This document shows positions 1-9,774 of a DNA stretch of 64,000 nucleotides, one piece after another; position 1 is the stretch's first letter, and every line of letters starts with the position of its first letter. The translations under genes were made by a program, and so were the position numbers. Source of the stretch: Armatimonadota bacterium (lineage in GTDB: Bacteria; Armatimonadota; Fimbriimonadia; Fimbriimonadales; GBS-DC); the NCBI GenBank assembly GCA_037445735.1, contig JBBIJY010000011.1, positions 1 to 64,000 on the forward strand. The letters run 5' to 3'. A model generated the notes under the pieces. It was not told the origin of the DNA and ran no database searches. It saw only the letters and a program-made list of their open reading frames with translations.

Positions 1-2
1 GC

Positions 3-79
3 TGGCGCGCCCGGAGGGATTCGAACCCCCGACCCCCAGATCCGAAGTCTGGTGCTCTGGTCCGCTGAGCTACGGGCGC
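3..79 (-). tRNA. tRNA-Arg(TCG)
   Basis: Reverse complement GCGCCCGTAGCTCAGCGG...CCAGA-CT-TCG-GA-TCTGG...GGTTCGAATCC...CGGGCGCGCCA forms a full cloverleaf with encoded CCA. Confidence 0.95.
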
Positions 80-82
80 GAA

Positions 83-160
83 TGGTCGGGGCGCCCGGAC
101 TCGAACCGGGGACCTCTACCACCCCATGGTAGCGCGCTAACCATACTGCGCCACGCCCCG
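83..160 (-). tRNA. tRNA-Pro(GGG)
   Basis: Reverse complement CGGGGCGTGGCGCAG...CTACC-AT-GGG-GT-GGTAG...GGTTCGAGTCC...CCA. Confidence 0.95.
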
Positions 161-169
161 ACGCCTGTC

Positions 170-199
170 ATGATACCCCAATCGGCGGGCGAAATGCAA
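170..199 (-). promoter_or_regulatory. sigma70-type promoter for the tRNA-Pro/tRNA-Arg pair
   Basis: TTGCAT-N18-TATCAT on the minus strand, 9 nt before tRNA-Pro. Confidence 0.6.
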
Positions 200-206
200 G
201 CGGTGC

Positions 207-878
207 TTACCCCTCCGGCTCGCGGGGCGAGATGACCACATAGCGGTTGGGTTCCTCACCCTCGCTGTAGGTGTAGACTTCGGGGTCATCCTTGAGGGTC
301 TGATGCACGATGCGCCGTTCGTGAGGCGGCATCGGGGGTAGAACGGCTTCCTCGCGCCGTTTCTTGACCTCGCTGGCAATTGCAATCACCTGATTGCGCA
401 GGCGCTCGGTGCGCCGCCGACGCCAGCCTGCCCCATCCAGCACGATGCGCGCGTCCAGCCCCGTCGCCCGCGGCACGATCAGATTCAACAGGAACTGCAG
501 CTGATTGATCACCTCGCCGTTTTTGCCCACCAGAATGGGCACATCGCGCCCGACCATTTCGATTTCGACATAGCGTCCGTGCGTGCCGCGCAGCACCACC
601 TGCACACCCAGGCGCAGCCGACGCAACAGCTGATCCACAAAGTCAGCCACCTGACGCGCCACTTCGGGCGAAAGGGTTTCTGCTTCCGCCGGGCTGACAG
701 CGGGTTCCAGCAGCGTCGCTCGCACGCGCGCGGGGCTAACCAGAATGCCGAGCAGGCTGCGCTTGCCTTTATCCAGCACTTCGAACTGCACGCGGCTCTC
801 GTCCTGCACACCTAACTGCTCCAGCGCCTTGCGCTTGGCTTCTTCCACCGTGTTGCCCGTTGCTTCTATCGATGTCAT
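207..878 (-). CDS. jag: Jag/KhpB (EloR) RNA-binding protein
   Basis: Jag_N (GNTVEEA...LG), KH (LVGKNGEVINQLQ) and R3H (ERRIVH...YSEGEEPNRYVVI); follows yidC; SD before ATG 878. Confidence 0.93.
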   Translation of the reverse strand: MTSIEATGNTVEEAKRKALEQLGVQDESRVQFEVLDKGKRSLLGILVSPARVRATLLEPAVSPAEAETLSPEVARQVADFVDQLLRRLRLGVQVVLRGTHGRYVEIEMVGRDVPILVGKNGEVINQLQFLLNLIVPRATGLDARIVLDGAGWRRRRTERLRNQVIAIASEVKKRREEAVLPPMPPHERRIVHQTLKDDPEVYTYSEGEEPNRYVVISPREPEG

Positions 879-894
879 AATGGCTCCCTCCTTC

Positions 895-2061
895 TCAACG
901 GCGTTTCGATCGCTTTCTGGGCGGCTGATAGCGGGGCTTGCGACCGTCCTGCAGGGCGGTGCCGGCAGCATTGCCTGACGAACCCGCCGGCTCCAGCACA
1001 GGCGCAGGACGGCTCATGTACAGCTTGTAGTGCAGCGTGTATAGAAGGTTGGTCAGCATCCAGTACAGAATAAACGCTGCAGGGAAGCGGAGCTGCCAGG
1101 TAACGACAACCAGCATGAAGGTGGTCATCAGCGCCATCGTCTTCTGCATCTGTGCCTGCGACGGGTCGGTGACGGTCAGACGGCTGGTGAGATACATGCT
1201 GATCGCGTAGAGGAGCATCAGGGGCATGTCGAACTGCGCCAGATGTGAGCCGACCAGCCCCGGAAAGCGTGTGCCCAGCTCCGGGTTAATCCACAGGAAG
1301 TGCCCCTGTTTGAACTGCACCTGATAGAGCAGGATCATGTTGTAGACCCAGATGAGGAACGGCATCGGCAGCAGCGCGTAGAGGCAGCCCGCCATCGGGT
1401 TCACGCCGTACTCTTTGTAGAGCGCCATCTGGCGGCGCATCAGCTCCTCACCCGCGTACTTCTCCTGCAGCTCCTGCAGTTTGGGCACAAGCTGGGCCAT
1501 CACCCGCATGCTGGCAAACTGCCTGTTCGAGAGCGGCAGCAGCAACAATCGCACCAGCACCGCAATCGTCAGGATTGCCAGCACATAGCTCGCGTCGGAG
1601 CGCCCGAACAGCCGCACCAGCGCGTCGATAATTTTATACGAGGTAAACTGCCGATTGTGCCGATCGATTTCAGCTTCAATTTTGCGTTGCAGCTCGCGCC
1701 CCTGCGTGCGATAGACCTGCGTGTGGGGATAGAACTCCTCCAGTCGGCGCAGCACATTGAAGGCTTCATGGGAGTTTTTCTGGTCGTCATAATAAATTCG
1801 GGCTTCGAGCAGCAGTCCCAGCGCGGCGTATTCGGTGCCGCTGAACCGCTGGGTCAGCTCCTGACAGCGACGCATCGCCTCCACATAGTCCTTGTCGGCT
1901 CGCAACTTCTGAATCTCGGCGATGATCTGCTCGGGTGGCTTGTTGCTGACGGGCGGACGATGCAACGCACTCCAGCCGATGATAATCAGCAGCCAGATCA
2001 TCGTCGCAATCACAAGCGTTTGCAGAAACAGCTTTTTCTGATCAATGGGTTCCTGTGCCAT
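895..2061 (-). CDS. yidC: Membrane protein insertase YidC
   Basis: C-terminal core (VRLLLLPL...[16 protein letters not shown]...LYWMLTN); position in the rpmH-rnpA-yidD operon. Confidence 0.9.
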   Translation of the reverse strand: MAQEPIDQKKLFLQTLVIATMIWLLIIIGWSALHRPPVSNKPPEQIIAEIQKLRADKDYVEAMRRCQELTQRFSGTEYAALGLLLEARIYYDDQKNSHEAFNVLRRLEEFYPHTQVYRTQGRELQRKIEAEIDRHNRQFTSYKIIDALVRLFGRSDASYVLAILTIAVLVRLLLLPLSNRQFASMRVMAQLVPKLQELQEKYAGEELMRRQMALYKEYGVNPMAGCLYALLPMPFLIWVYNMILLYQVQFKQGHFLWINPELGTRFPGLVGSHLAQFDMPLMLLYAISMYLTSRLTVTDPSQAQMQKTMALMTTFMLVVVTWQLRFPAAFILYWMLTNLLYTLHYKLYMSRPAPVLEPAGSSGNAAGTALQDGRKPRYQPPRKRSKRR

Positions 2062-2329
2062 CGCGTGATTCGCTCCTTGCTTTTGGGAGATTGGGTTCAG
2101 GCACGGGGTCGTAGCCACCGGGATGCAGCGGGTGGCAGCGCAGGATGCGTCTGAGACCGAGCCACAGCCCGCGCAGGGCGCCGTGCCGCTGGATGGCTTC
2201 GTAGGCGTATTGCGAGCAGCTGGGATGGAAGCGGCAGACGGGCGGCTTGAAGCGCGAGCCACGCTGATAGAGCCGAATCGCACCCATCAGCAGGCGCGCC
2301 AGAAGGCTGGGCGAGGATGGCTGGCTCAT
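2042..2329 (-). CDS. yidD: Membrane protein insertion efficiency factor YidD
   Basis: [11 protein letters not shown]...[17 protein letters not shown]. Confidence 0.95.
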   Translation of the reverse strand: MSQPSSPSLLARLLMGAIRLYQRGSRFKPPVCRFHPSCSQYAYEAIQRHGALRGLWLGLRRILRCHPLHPGGYDPVPEPNLPKARSESRDGTGTH

Positions 2330-2688
2330 GGGCGACCCCCTTCCTCAAAATTCAACACGCCCGTCTGCCGCAGCGCATCGGTCAGCTCGCGCTCAATCTG
2401 CACGAAGGGCGCTGTCAGCACCGGCTCGTGAGCGACCAGCACCAGGTCATAGCCCGCCCGCAGCTGGGATAGCCGCGCGCGGCAGGCGGCGCGCAGGCGG
2501 CGCTTCGCCCGATTGCGCCGCACATGGGTACCCAGCCGCCGCCCGACCACAATCCCGATCCGGGTCGGCTGATTATCCGTGCGGGGGCAGGCATACAGTG
2601 TAAAGGTCGTCATCCGTACCCGTCTCCCTTGCTGATAGGCGCGTTCGAACTCGTGGCGCTTGCGCAGACGCGCGATGCGGGGCAACAT
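2326..2688 (-). CDS. rnpA: Ribonuclease P protein component
   Basis: [30 protein letters not shown] (RNR motif). Confidence 0.95.
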   Translation of the reverse strand: MLPRIARLRKRHEFERAYQQGRRVRMTTFTLYACPRTDNQPTRIGIVVGRRLGTHVRRNRAKRRLRAACRARLSQLRAGYDLVLVAHEPVLTAPFVQIERELTDALRQTGVLNFEEGGRP

Positions 2689-2825
2689 CAGTCGACGGTC
2701 AGTCGCCAGCGCCCTTTGAGCCGCCGCCGCTTCAGCACATTCTGCCCATCCTTACTGCGCATCCGCCGCCGAAAGCCATGCACGCGATGCCGATGCCGAT
2801 TGTTCGGTTGATAAGTCCGCTTCAT
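2688..2825 (-). CDS. rpmH: 50S ribosomal protein L34
   Basis: Translated by hand: [45 protein letters not shown]; too short for the ORF track. Confidence 0.97.
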   Translation of the reverse strand: MKRTYQPNNRHRHRVHGFRRRMRSKDGQNVLKRRRLKGRWRLTVD

Positions 2826-3044
2826 ACGCCTGTTTCCTCCATCGCCCCTGATTGTACCCGATGAGAGGCAGGATTTCTATGCTTGCCTATCAGGAAGGAG
2901 CGCCGCCCGCTCCCTCTCCTGCCGCGCGCGATGCAAAGCGCTTTGACCCCCACAGAGGAGAAGGTTGTTCTACCGCACTCTCCTGAAGGGTGGAAGCGGC
3001 ATACAGGGATGAGGGCACAAAAAACGGTATCATTAAAGGGCAAA

Positions 3045-4370
3045 ATGGCAACAAGAGGCTGGCTGAAGGCAGGGTTGCTGACGGGATTGTGCCTGCTCGG
3101 ATTGGCGCTGGGAGTGTCGCTGTGGCGGCTAAGCCCTCATGCGCCGCTCTCCCCCCATTTCTACCTGATGAACCTCTCGCTCAGGGGCATGCGACCTGAC
3201 CAGCTCACGGACTGGCTGACCCGGCTCCAGAATCGGCTGAGCGAGCTGCCTGTGCAGGTAGAGCCGATGCCCCAGGCGGTCAGCCCTCTGCGCGAGTGGG
3301 GTGTTCAGCTCGACATCCCGCGCACGCGCGCGGCGATCCTGCAGGCGTGGGCGAAGGTTCCCCTCTGGCAACGGCTGCTGGGCAACGCCCGCGCCCGCAT
3401 CACCCCCTACTGGCAGGTGGATGAGTCGCTCTTTCAGCAGCGCTTGCAGGCATTTAAGGGGCTGGAGCGTCCGCCCCGCGACGCCCGCATCCGCTACCGA
3501 CAGGGCACAATCGAAATCGTGCCCGAACAGATGGGGCTGAAACTCTCGTTAGAGGGCAGCCTGCAGAATCTGTTGCAGGCGTGCCAGCAGGCGAACCTCG
3601 CCGACGAGTCGGCGGAGGGCATCGTGTTCCCGCTCGCGCTGGAACCTGTCCCGCCCCGCCTCACCCGCGAGCAGCTGCAACCCATTCAGGGCGTGATCGG
3701 GGCATACACCACGCGCTTTCCGGGCTATCAGGTGAACCGCAACCACAACATTCGGCTGGCGGCGACGGCATTAGATGGGCGCGTGCTGCTGCCGGGCGAG
3801 CGGCTCTCCTTCAACGCGGCGGTCGGGCGGCGCACGCTCCAGCAGGGCTTCCGCCTCGCGCCGATTCTGGTGCGCGGACAGAAGCGGCTGGGCGTCGGCG
3901 GCGGCATCTGTCAGGTCTCCTCCACCCTGTTCAACGCCGCGCTGTTAGCCGACCTGAAGATTGTCAAACGCACGAATCACGGCATCCCCGTGCCCTATGT
4001 GCCGCTGGGACGCGACGCGACCGTCACCGACACGGGTCTGGATCTGGTGATAGAGAACCCCCTGCCGACGCCCGTGGCGATTACCACCGAGCTGGGGCGT
4101 TCGTCCATCACGGTGCGGGTGCTGGGCGCGCCGATGGAGGGTCGGCAGGTACGCCTGCAGACCCGGTGGTTGCGCTCAAAAGGGCGCCGCGTCGCCCTCT
4201 GGCGACTGGTGTACGAGAACGGGACCCTCATCCGCCGCGAGCGCGTGGCAATCAGCAGTTATCGCTCACCACAACCACCCGACCGGAAGCCTCAAAAGCC
4301 CTCTCGCGTCGAGCAGTCAGCGCCTGCAAGGGCTGACCAGTCCGCTACCGAATCGGTTAGCCAGCCGTGA
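3045..4370 (+). CDS. VanW-family (YoaR-like) protein
   Basis: N-terminal [12 protein letters not shown]...SFNAAVG...[14 protein letters not shown] VanW motifs. Confidence 0.88.
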   Translation: MATRGWLKAGLLTGLCLLGLALGVSLWRLSPHAPLSPHFYLMNLSLRGMRPDQLTDWLTRLQNRLSELPVQVEPMPQAVSPLREWGVQLDIPRTRAAILQAWAKVPLWQRLLGNARARITPYWQVDESLFQQRLQAFKGLERPPRDARIRYRQGTIEIVPEQMGLKLSLEGSLQNLLQACQQANLADESAEGIVFPLALEPVPPRLTREQLQPIQGVIGAYTTRFPGYQVNRNHNIRLAATALDGRVLLPGERLSFNAAVGRRTLQQGFRLAPILVRGQKRLGVGGGICQVSSTLFNAALLADLKIVKRTNHGIPVPYVPLGRDATVTDTGLDLVIENPLPTPVAITTELGRSSITVRVLGAPMEGRQVRLQTRWLRSKGRRVALWRLVYENGTLIRRERVAISSYRSPQPPDRKPQKPSRVEQSAPARADQSATESVSQP

Positions 4371-5436
4371 TCTGCACTTTGCTCAGCTGCTCCATGCGTT
4401 CGCGGGCTTTGCGTTCGATGTTGCGCCAGATGCCGCGCAGTCCCATCGCCTGCTTCATCGCGTCCAGCGTCTCCTCACCGAGCTGGCGCACCTTGAGCGT
4501 GCCCGTGTAGATAATCTCTTCGACCAGCCCGCGCTCTTTGGCAAACTGGGCGCGACGCTCCCGTATCGGGTCCAGGAAGGCGTTCAGGGCGCGTGCCAGC
4601 TTCTCCTTGACCTCCACATCGCCCACGCGACCCGTGCGATACCGCTCCTTCAGGTCCTCCACTTCCTCTTTGTTCGGATTGAAGATGTCGTGATAGATGA
4701 ACACGGGATTGCCCTCCACCGTGCCCGGAATATGCGCATGGATGCGTTTGGGGTCGGTATACATCTGGCGCACCTTCTTCTCCACTGTTCTGGGGTCGTC
4801 CGAGAGGAAAATCGCGTTATTGAGGCTCTTGCTCATTTTGGCTTTGCCGTCGATGCCCACCAGTGTCGGCACCTCGCTGAGCATCACTTCAGGGATGGGG
4901 AACACCTCGCCGTAGAGCGCGTTGAATCGGCGGGCGATTTCGCGTGTGATTTCCACATGCGCCTCGTTGTCCTTGCCGACGGGCACCAGATGTGCGCGGG
5001 GCATCAGAATATCGGCAGCCTGCAACACGGGATAGCCGACCAGCCCGAACGGCAGCGCCTCCTCGTCGATGTGTGCCGCGCGCGCCATCTCCTTCAGGCT
5101 GGGCAGGCGCGTCAGACGCGGCAGGGTCACCAGCATCTCAAAAATCAGGTTCATCTCATACACCGCATGCACCGCCGACTGCAGGTAGATGGTGGACTTG
5201 CCCGGATCGATGCCGACCGCCAGATAGTCCAGCACCATCTCGCGGATGTTCTCGCGCATCTCCTCGATATCCTCGCGCGTGGGGCGCGTGGTCAGCATGT
5301 GCAGGTCGGCAATCAGGAAATAGCAATCGTACTCGTCCTGCAGCTGGACCCGATTCTGCAGGGAGCCGACATAGTGCCCCAGATGCAGTTTGCCTGTCGG
5401 TCGATCGCCTGTGAGAACCCGTTTGCGCTCGCTCAT
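4357..5436 (-). CDS. trpS: Tryptophan--tRNA ligase
   Basis: [36 protein letters not shown]. Confidence 0.96.
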   Translation of the reverse strand: MSERKRVLTGDRPTGKLHLGHYVGSLQNRVQLQDEYDCYFLIADLHMLTTRPTREDIEEMRENIREMVLDYLAVGIDPGKSTIYLQSAVHAVYEMNLIFEMLVTLPRLTRLPSLKEMARAAHIDEEALPFGLVGYPVLQAADILMPRAHLVPVGKDNEAHVEITREIARRFNALYGEVFPIPEVMLSEVPTLVGIDGKAKMSKSLNNAIFLSDDPRTVEKKVRQMYTDPKRIHAHIPGTVEGNPVFIYHDIFNPNKEEVEDLKERYRTGRVGDVEVKEKLARALNAFLDPIRERRAQFAKERGLVEEIIYTGTLKVRQLGEETLDAMKQAMGLRGIWRNIERKARERMEQLSKVQITAG

Positions 5437-5497
5437 CAGGTGGGATTATACCAGATTTCTGGTTCCGTGCGGGGTATACTCCAGCGGGAGGCGGACG

Positions 5498-6676
5498 ATG
5501 AGTGAGGCGTTGATTGTGGCGGCGGTGCGCACGCCGATTGGCAAGGCGCCGCGCGGGAGCCTGCGCCATACCCGACCGGATGAGCTGGCGGCGATAGCGA
5601 TTCGCGCGGTGCTGGAGCGTGTGCCCGCGCTCGAACCGGCGGAAGTGGACGATGTGATTTTCGGCTGTGCCACGCCCGAAGGCGAATCGGGCATGAACAT
5701 CGCACGGGTCGCCGCGCTGCGAGCGGGATTGCCCACCACCGTTCCGGGCGCGACGGTGAACCGTTTCTGCGCGTCGGGGCTGGAAGCGGTCGCGCTGGCA
5801 GCCGCCCGCATCCGCACGGGTGACGCCGATGTGATGATCGCTGGCGGCGTGGAGAGCATGAGCCGCGTGCCGTTTCTGGACATCCGCGCCCATCCGAACC
5901 CCGTGCTGATGGTCTCCGCGCCGGACACCTATCTCAATATGGGGCTGAGCGTGGAGCAGCTGGCGAAAAAGTTCGGCATCACGCGCGAGCAAGCCGACGA
6001 GTTCGCCCTGCACAGCCACCAGAAAGCCGTCGCCGCGCAGGATTCGGGCAAGTTCAAAGACGAGATCACCCCCGTACAAACAGCCCTGCAGGAGGTCGAT
6101 AAAAACGGTCGCCCGGTTACCATCCCCGTCAGTCTGGAGCAGGACGAGGGACCCCGCCGCGACACGAGTCGGGACGCGCTGGCGAAGTTGAAGCCGGCGT
6201 TCCATCCGCAGGGCGTTATCACGGCGGGCAACGCCTCCCAGCGCAGCGACGGCGCGGCAGCCGTGCTATTGATGAGCGAGCGCAAAGCCCAACAGCTGGG
6301 ACTCCAGCCGCTGGCTCGCTTCGTGGGCTACGCTGTTACAGCCGTCGAGCCTGCTGACTTCGGTATCGCGCCCGCCTACGCCATCCCCAGACTGCTCCAG
6401 CGATATCACCTGCGCATCGAGGACATCGACCGAATCGAGTTCAACGAGGCGTTCGCGGCGCAGGTACTGGCAGCCAGCGCGGTCTATCCGCTGCCGATGG
6501 AGCGCGTGAATGTGCTGGGCGGCGCGATTGCGCTGGGTCACCCGCTCGGCTGCACGGGCGCCCGCCAGGTCGCCACCATCCTGTACGAGCTGCAGCGCAC
6601 AGGCGGACGCTACGGGCTGATCACCATGTGCGCCGCGCTCGGCATGGGCGCCGCAGGGCTGGTTGAACGGGTATAA
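5498..6676 (+). CDS. Acetyl-CoA C-acyltransferase (thiolase)
   Basis: VNRFCASG, NEAFAAQ, GGAIALGHPLGCTG, TMCAALGMG. Confidence 0.95.
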   Translation: MSEALIVAAVRTPIGKAPRGSLRHTRPDELAAIAIRAVLERVPALEPAEVDDVIFGCATPEGESGMNIARVAALRAGLPTTVPGATVNRFCASGLEAVALAAARIRTGDADVMIAGGVESMSRVPFLDIRAHPNPVLMVSAPDTYLNMGLSVEQLAKKFGITREQADEFALHSHQKAVAAQDSGKFKDEITPVQTALQEVDKNGRPVTIPVSLEQDEGPRRDTSRDALAKLKPAFHPQGVITAGNASQRSDGAAAVLLMSERKAQQLGLQPLARFVGYAVTAVEPADFGIAPAYAIPRLLQRYHLRIEDIDRIEFNEAFAAQVLAASAVYPLPMERVNVLGGAIALGHPLGCTGARQVATILYELQRTGGRYGLITMCAALGMGAAGLVERV

Positions 6677-6695
6677 TCCGAACGGAGGTCTGGCA

Positions 6696-8675
6696 ATGAA
6701 GCCCGCAACAATCGAAACTGGCACATTACCGAAACTGGAGCTATTGCGCATCATGCTGCTCGCGCGGGAAGGCGACCGGCGCGAGGGCATTTTAATGCGG
6801 CAGGGCAAGGGCTGGTTCCAGGTGCCCGGCATGGGGCACGAGGCGCTGGCAGCGGTCGCCTATCACCTGCGCCCCGATGACATTATCTTCCCGACCTATC
6901 GCGACCGCGCCCTGATGCTGGCGCGCGGCATGACGCCCTACGAAATCGCGCTCGATTTTCTGGCACGCACGGGTTCCAGCTCCGAAGGGCGCAATATGCC
7001 CGCTCACTACTCTTCAAAGGCGCTCAATGTGTTTGGCTACGCCACACCCACCGGTGCGCAGTGCCTGCCCGCCGCCGGCGCCGCCTGGGGCATCAAGATG
7101 GCAGGCGACGATCGCGTGGTGCTGTGCAACATCGGCGACGCCGCCTGCCGCCAGGGCGAGTTCTACGAAGCCGTCTGCTTCGCCATTCAGGAGAAGCTGC
7201 CGATTGTGTTCCTGGTGGAGGACAACCAGTACGGCATCAGCACGCCCACACATCACATGCTGCCGATGCGCCTGCAGGTGTTCGACGAACGCTGGGTGGT
7301 GTTCGTCAACGGACGCGACCCAATCGAGGTGTACGACAAAAGCGGGGACGCTATTCGCCGTGCGCGACGGGGCGAGGGACCGACCATCCTCTGGTGCGAG
7401 CTGGATCGGCTCAGCCCGCACACCAGCGCGGACGACCACCGCGTCTACCGACCCGCCGAAGAGATTGAGGCGATGTTCCAGCGCGACCCCATCAAGCTCT
7501 TCGCGGAACGATTGATCGCTGAAGGCATCCTGACAGAAGCGCAGTACCAGCAGCTGCAGGACGAAATTGCCCGTGAGATCGATCAGGTTTACCAGCAGGC
7601 GGAGCGGGTGCCCCTGCCCGATCCCGCGCGCGTGATGGAGCATCTGTACGGCGAACCCGTGCAGCGCTATCGCCCGATGCCGCTGGAACCCGAATCGGAG
7701 CCGACCACGATGGTCGCCGCCATCAATCGCACCCTGCACGCCGCGCTGGAGACCTTCCCCGAAGTTATCCTGTTCGGCGAAGATATCGAAGACCCGAAAG
7801 GCGGCGTGTTCGGCTTCACCAAAGGGCTGAGTTCGCGTTTCCCCGGGCGCGTGGTCAACTCCCCGCTGGCAGAGGCGACGATTGTGGGCACCGCCGTCGG
7901 TCTGGCAGCAATCGGCTACCGACCCGTGTTCGAAATCCAGTTCATCGACTTCATCACGCCGGGCTTCCATCAGCTCGTGACGCAGATTGCGACGCTGCGC
8001 TGGCGCACGAACGGTGACTGGAGCTGCCCGCTGGTGATTTATGCGCCGTATGGAGCCTATCTGCCCGCAGGCGGTCCGTGGCACAGCCAGAGCAACGACG
8101 GCTGGTGGGCACACATTCCGGGACTGCGCGTCGCCATTCCCAGCACGCCTGAAGATGTCGCCGGGCTGTTCTGGGCTGCCATCCAGGACCCCGACCCCTC
8201 GCTGATTCTGATCCCCAAGCACATCTTCCGCGTGCGCCATCCCGTGCGCGAATACAAACCGCTCCCCTTCGGCAAAGCCGCCATCCGGCGCCCGGGCAAA
8301 GATGTAACGGTGGTGGCGTGGGGCAATACGCTGGAGCTGGCGGAACAGGCTGCCGAACAGCTCGCGCCCGAAGGCATCGAGCTGGAGATTATCGACCTGC
8401 GCACGCTCGTGCCCTGCGACTGGGCGACCATCGAAGAGTCGCTGCGCAAAACGGGGCGACTGGTGGTCATCCACGAGGACAGTCGCACCTGCGGCTTCGG
8501 GCAGGCGATCATCAGTGAGATGACCAGCGCCCCGGAGCGGTTCAACCTGCTGCTCTCGCCGCCCCAGCTGGTCGCCCGCTACGATGTGCATATCCCCTTC
8601 TGCCCGGAGCTGGAGTATGCCGTGCTACCCGATCTCAAACGGGTGCTACAGGCGATTTATACAGTGATGGAGTGA
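6696..8675 (+). CDS. 2-oxoacid (probably branched-chain) dehydrogenase E1, fused alpha and beta subunits
   Basis: TPP motif GDAA...NQYGIS; beta part GEDIEDPKGGVF, EIQFIDF, HSQS, EIIDLRTL. Confidence 0.9.
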   Translation: MKPATIETGTLPKLELLRIMLLAREGDRREGILMRQGKGWFQVPGMGHEALAAVAYHLRPDDIIFPTYRDRALMLARGMTPYEIALDFLARTGSSSEGRNMPAHYSSKALNVFGYATPTGAQCLPAAGAAWGIKMAGDDRVVLCNIGDAACRQGEFYEAVCFAIQEKLPIVFLVEDNQYGISTPTHHMLPMRLQVFDERWVVFVNGRDPIEVYDKSGDAIRRARRGEGPTILWCELDRLSPHTSADDHRVYRPAEEIEAMFQRDPIKLFAERLIAEGILTEAQYQQLQDEIAREIDQVYQQAERVPLPDPARVMEHLYGEPVQRYRPMPLEPESEPTTMVAAINRTLHAALETFPEVILFGEDIEDPKGGVFGFTKGLSSRFPGRVVNSPLAEATIVGTAVGLAAIGYRPVFEIQFIDFITPGFHQLVTQIATLRWRTNGDWSCPLVIYAPYGAYLPAGGPWHSQSNDGWWAHIPGLRVAIPSTPEDVAGLFWAAIQDPDPSLILIPKHIFRVRHPVREYKPLPFGKAAIRRPGKDVTVVAWGNTLELAEQAAEQLAPEGIELEIIDLRTLVPCDWATIEESLRKTGRLVVIHEDSRTCGFGQAIISEMTSAPERFNLLLSPPQLVARYDVHIPFCPELEYAVLPDLKRVLQAIYTVME

Positions 8676-8681
8676 GGTTGC

Positions 8682-9743
8682 GTGAGCGCGGTTAAGCGGC
8701 GTGTGCGTCCGACGCTGGAGGCGGTTGCCCGCGCGGCGGGCGTCTCGATCGGCACGGCATCCAACATTCTGGGCGCGAAGGCGACCCTGCACAGCCCCCA
8801 GACAGTGGAGCGCGTGCTGACCGTCGCCCGTCAGCTCGGCTACCGCCCGAACCGCATCGCGCGCAGCCTCGCCGCCCGCCGCAGCCAGACCATCGGCATC
8901 ATCATGGAGCCGATGCATGCCGTCTTCACCCGCAACGAGTACGCCACCGCCGTGCTGGACGGCGTCGTCGACTGCTTCACGCCCGAAGGCTACCATATCA
9001 AAATCATCACGCTGCGCGACCTGCACCCGCGCACGCTGTGGGCGCAGATCGACGACGGCACCATCGACGGCGCGATCCTGATCGCGCCCCTCATCGACAG
9101 CCCCCTGCTCAAGTGGCACGAGCATACGCAGCTGCCCTGCGTGGTGGTCGGCAGCGCACTGCCCGAATCGCTCGGCTTCTACTGCATCGATTCGGACAGC
9201 GAGGGCATGATCACGCGCGTGGTGGACTGGCTGGTGCAGCTGGGGCATCGGCGCATCGGCTTCCTGCAGGGACCTGCGGAGCAGTGGAGCGCGCGCCAGC
9301 GCGAGGCGGCATACCGTCAGGCGATGGCGGCGCACGGCATCGCTATCCGCGAGGAGTGGCTCGCGCGCGGCTTCTACACGCAGGAGGGCGGACAGCTCGC
9401 CACCGAGCAGCTGCTGACAGTGCGCCCGCGCCTCACGGCTATTATCGCCAGCAACGACCCGATGGCGCTCGGCGCGCTCGAAGCCTGCCGACAGCACGGT
9501 ATTCGCGTGCCTGAAGAGATGTCTATCGTCGGCTTCGACGATATGCCGCTCGCCGCGCTCACCAACCCGCCTCTGACCACCATCCGCAACCCCATCCACG
9601 AGATTGGCTACCACGCCGCGCAGGCGCTGCTGGAACTGATACAAACAGGCGAAGCCCGACGCGGCAACTGCCTGCTGAAAGGCGAACTCATCGTCCGCCA
9701 GAGCGCCGCCCCACCCATTGGCACGAGCAGGGATCGCGCGTAG
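8682..9743 (+). CDS. LacI-family transcriptional regulator
   Basis: HTH TLEAVARAAGVSIGTAS, LGYRPN, SIVGFDD, PPLTTI. Confidence 0.95.
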   Translation: MSAVKRRVRPTLEAVARAAGVSIGTASNILGAKATLHSPQTVERVLTVARQLGYRPNRIARSLAARRSQTIGIIMEPMHAVFTRNEYATAVLDGVVDCFTPEGYHIKIITLRDLHPRTLWAQIDDGTIDGAILIAPLIDSPLLKWHEHTQLPCVVVGSALPESLGFYCIDSDSEGMITRVVDWLVQLGHRRIGFLQGPAEQWSARQREAAYRQAMAAHGIAIREEWLARGFYTQEGGQLATEQLLTVRPRLTAIIASNDPMALGALEACRQHGIRVPEEMSIVGFDDMPLAALTNPPLTTIRNPIHEIGYHAAQALLELIQTGEARRGNCLLKGELIVRQSAAPPIGTSRDRA

Positions 9744-9774
9744 CCCATCGAAAACCTCCACAGGGTGATTGAAC

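Noticed and set aside
116-132. A32-U38 pair in the tRNA-Pro(GGG) anticodon loop
   Set aside because: A known feature of this isoacceptor, not an anomaly
7014-8591. Long opposite-strand ORFs (also 22753-24189, 30776-32044, 32152-34359, 42505-43815)
   Set aside because: Antisense shadows of well-supported genes in GC-rich DNA; no recognisable motifs
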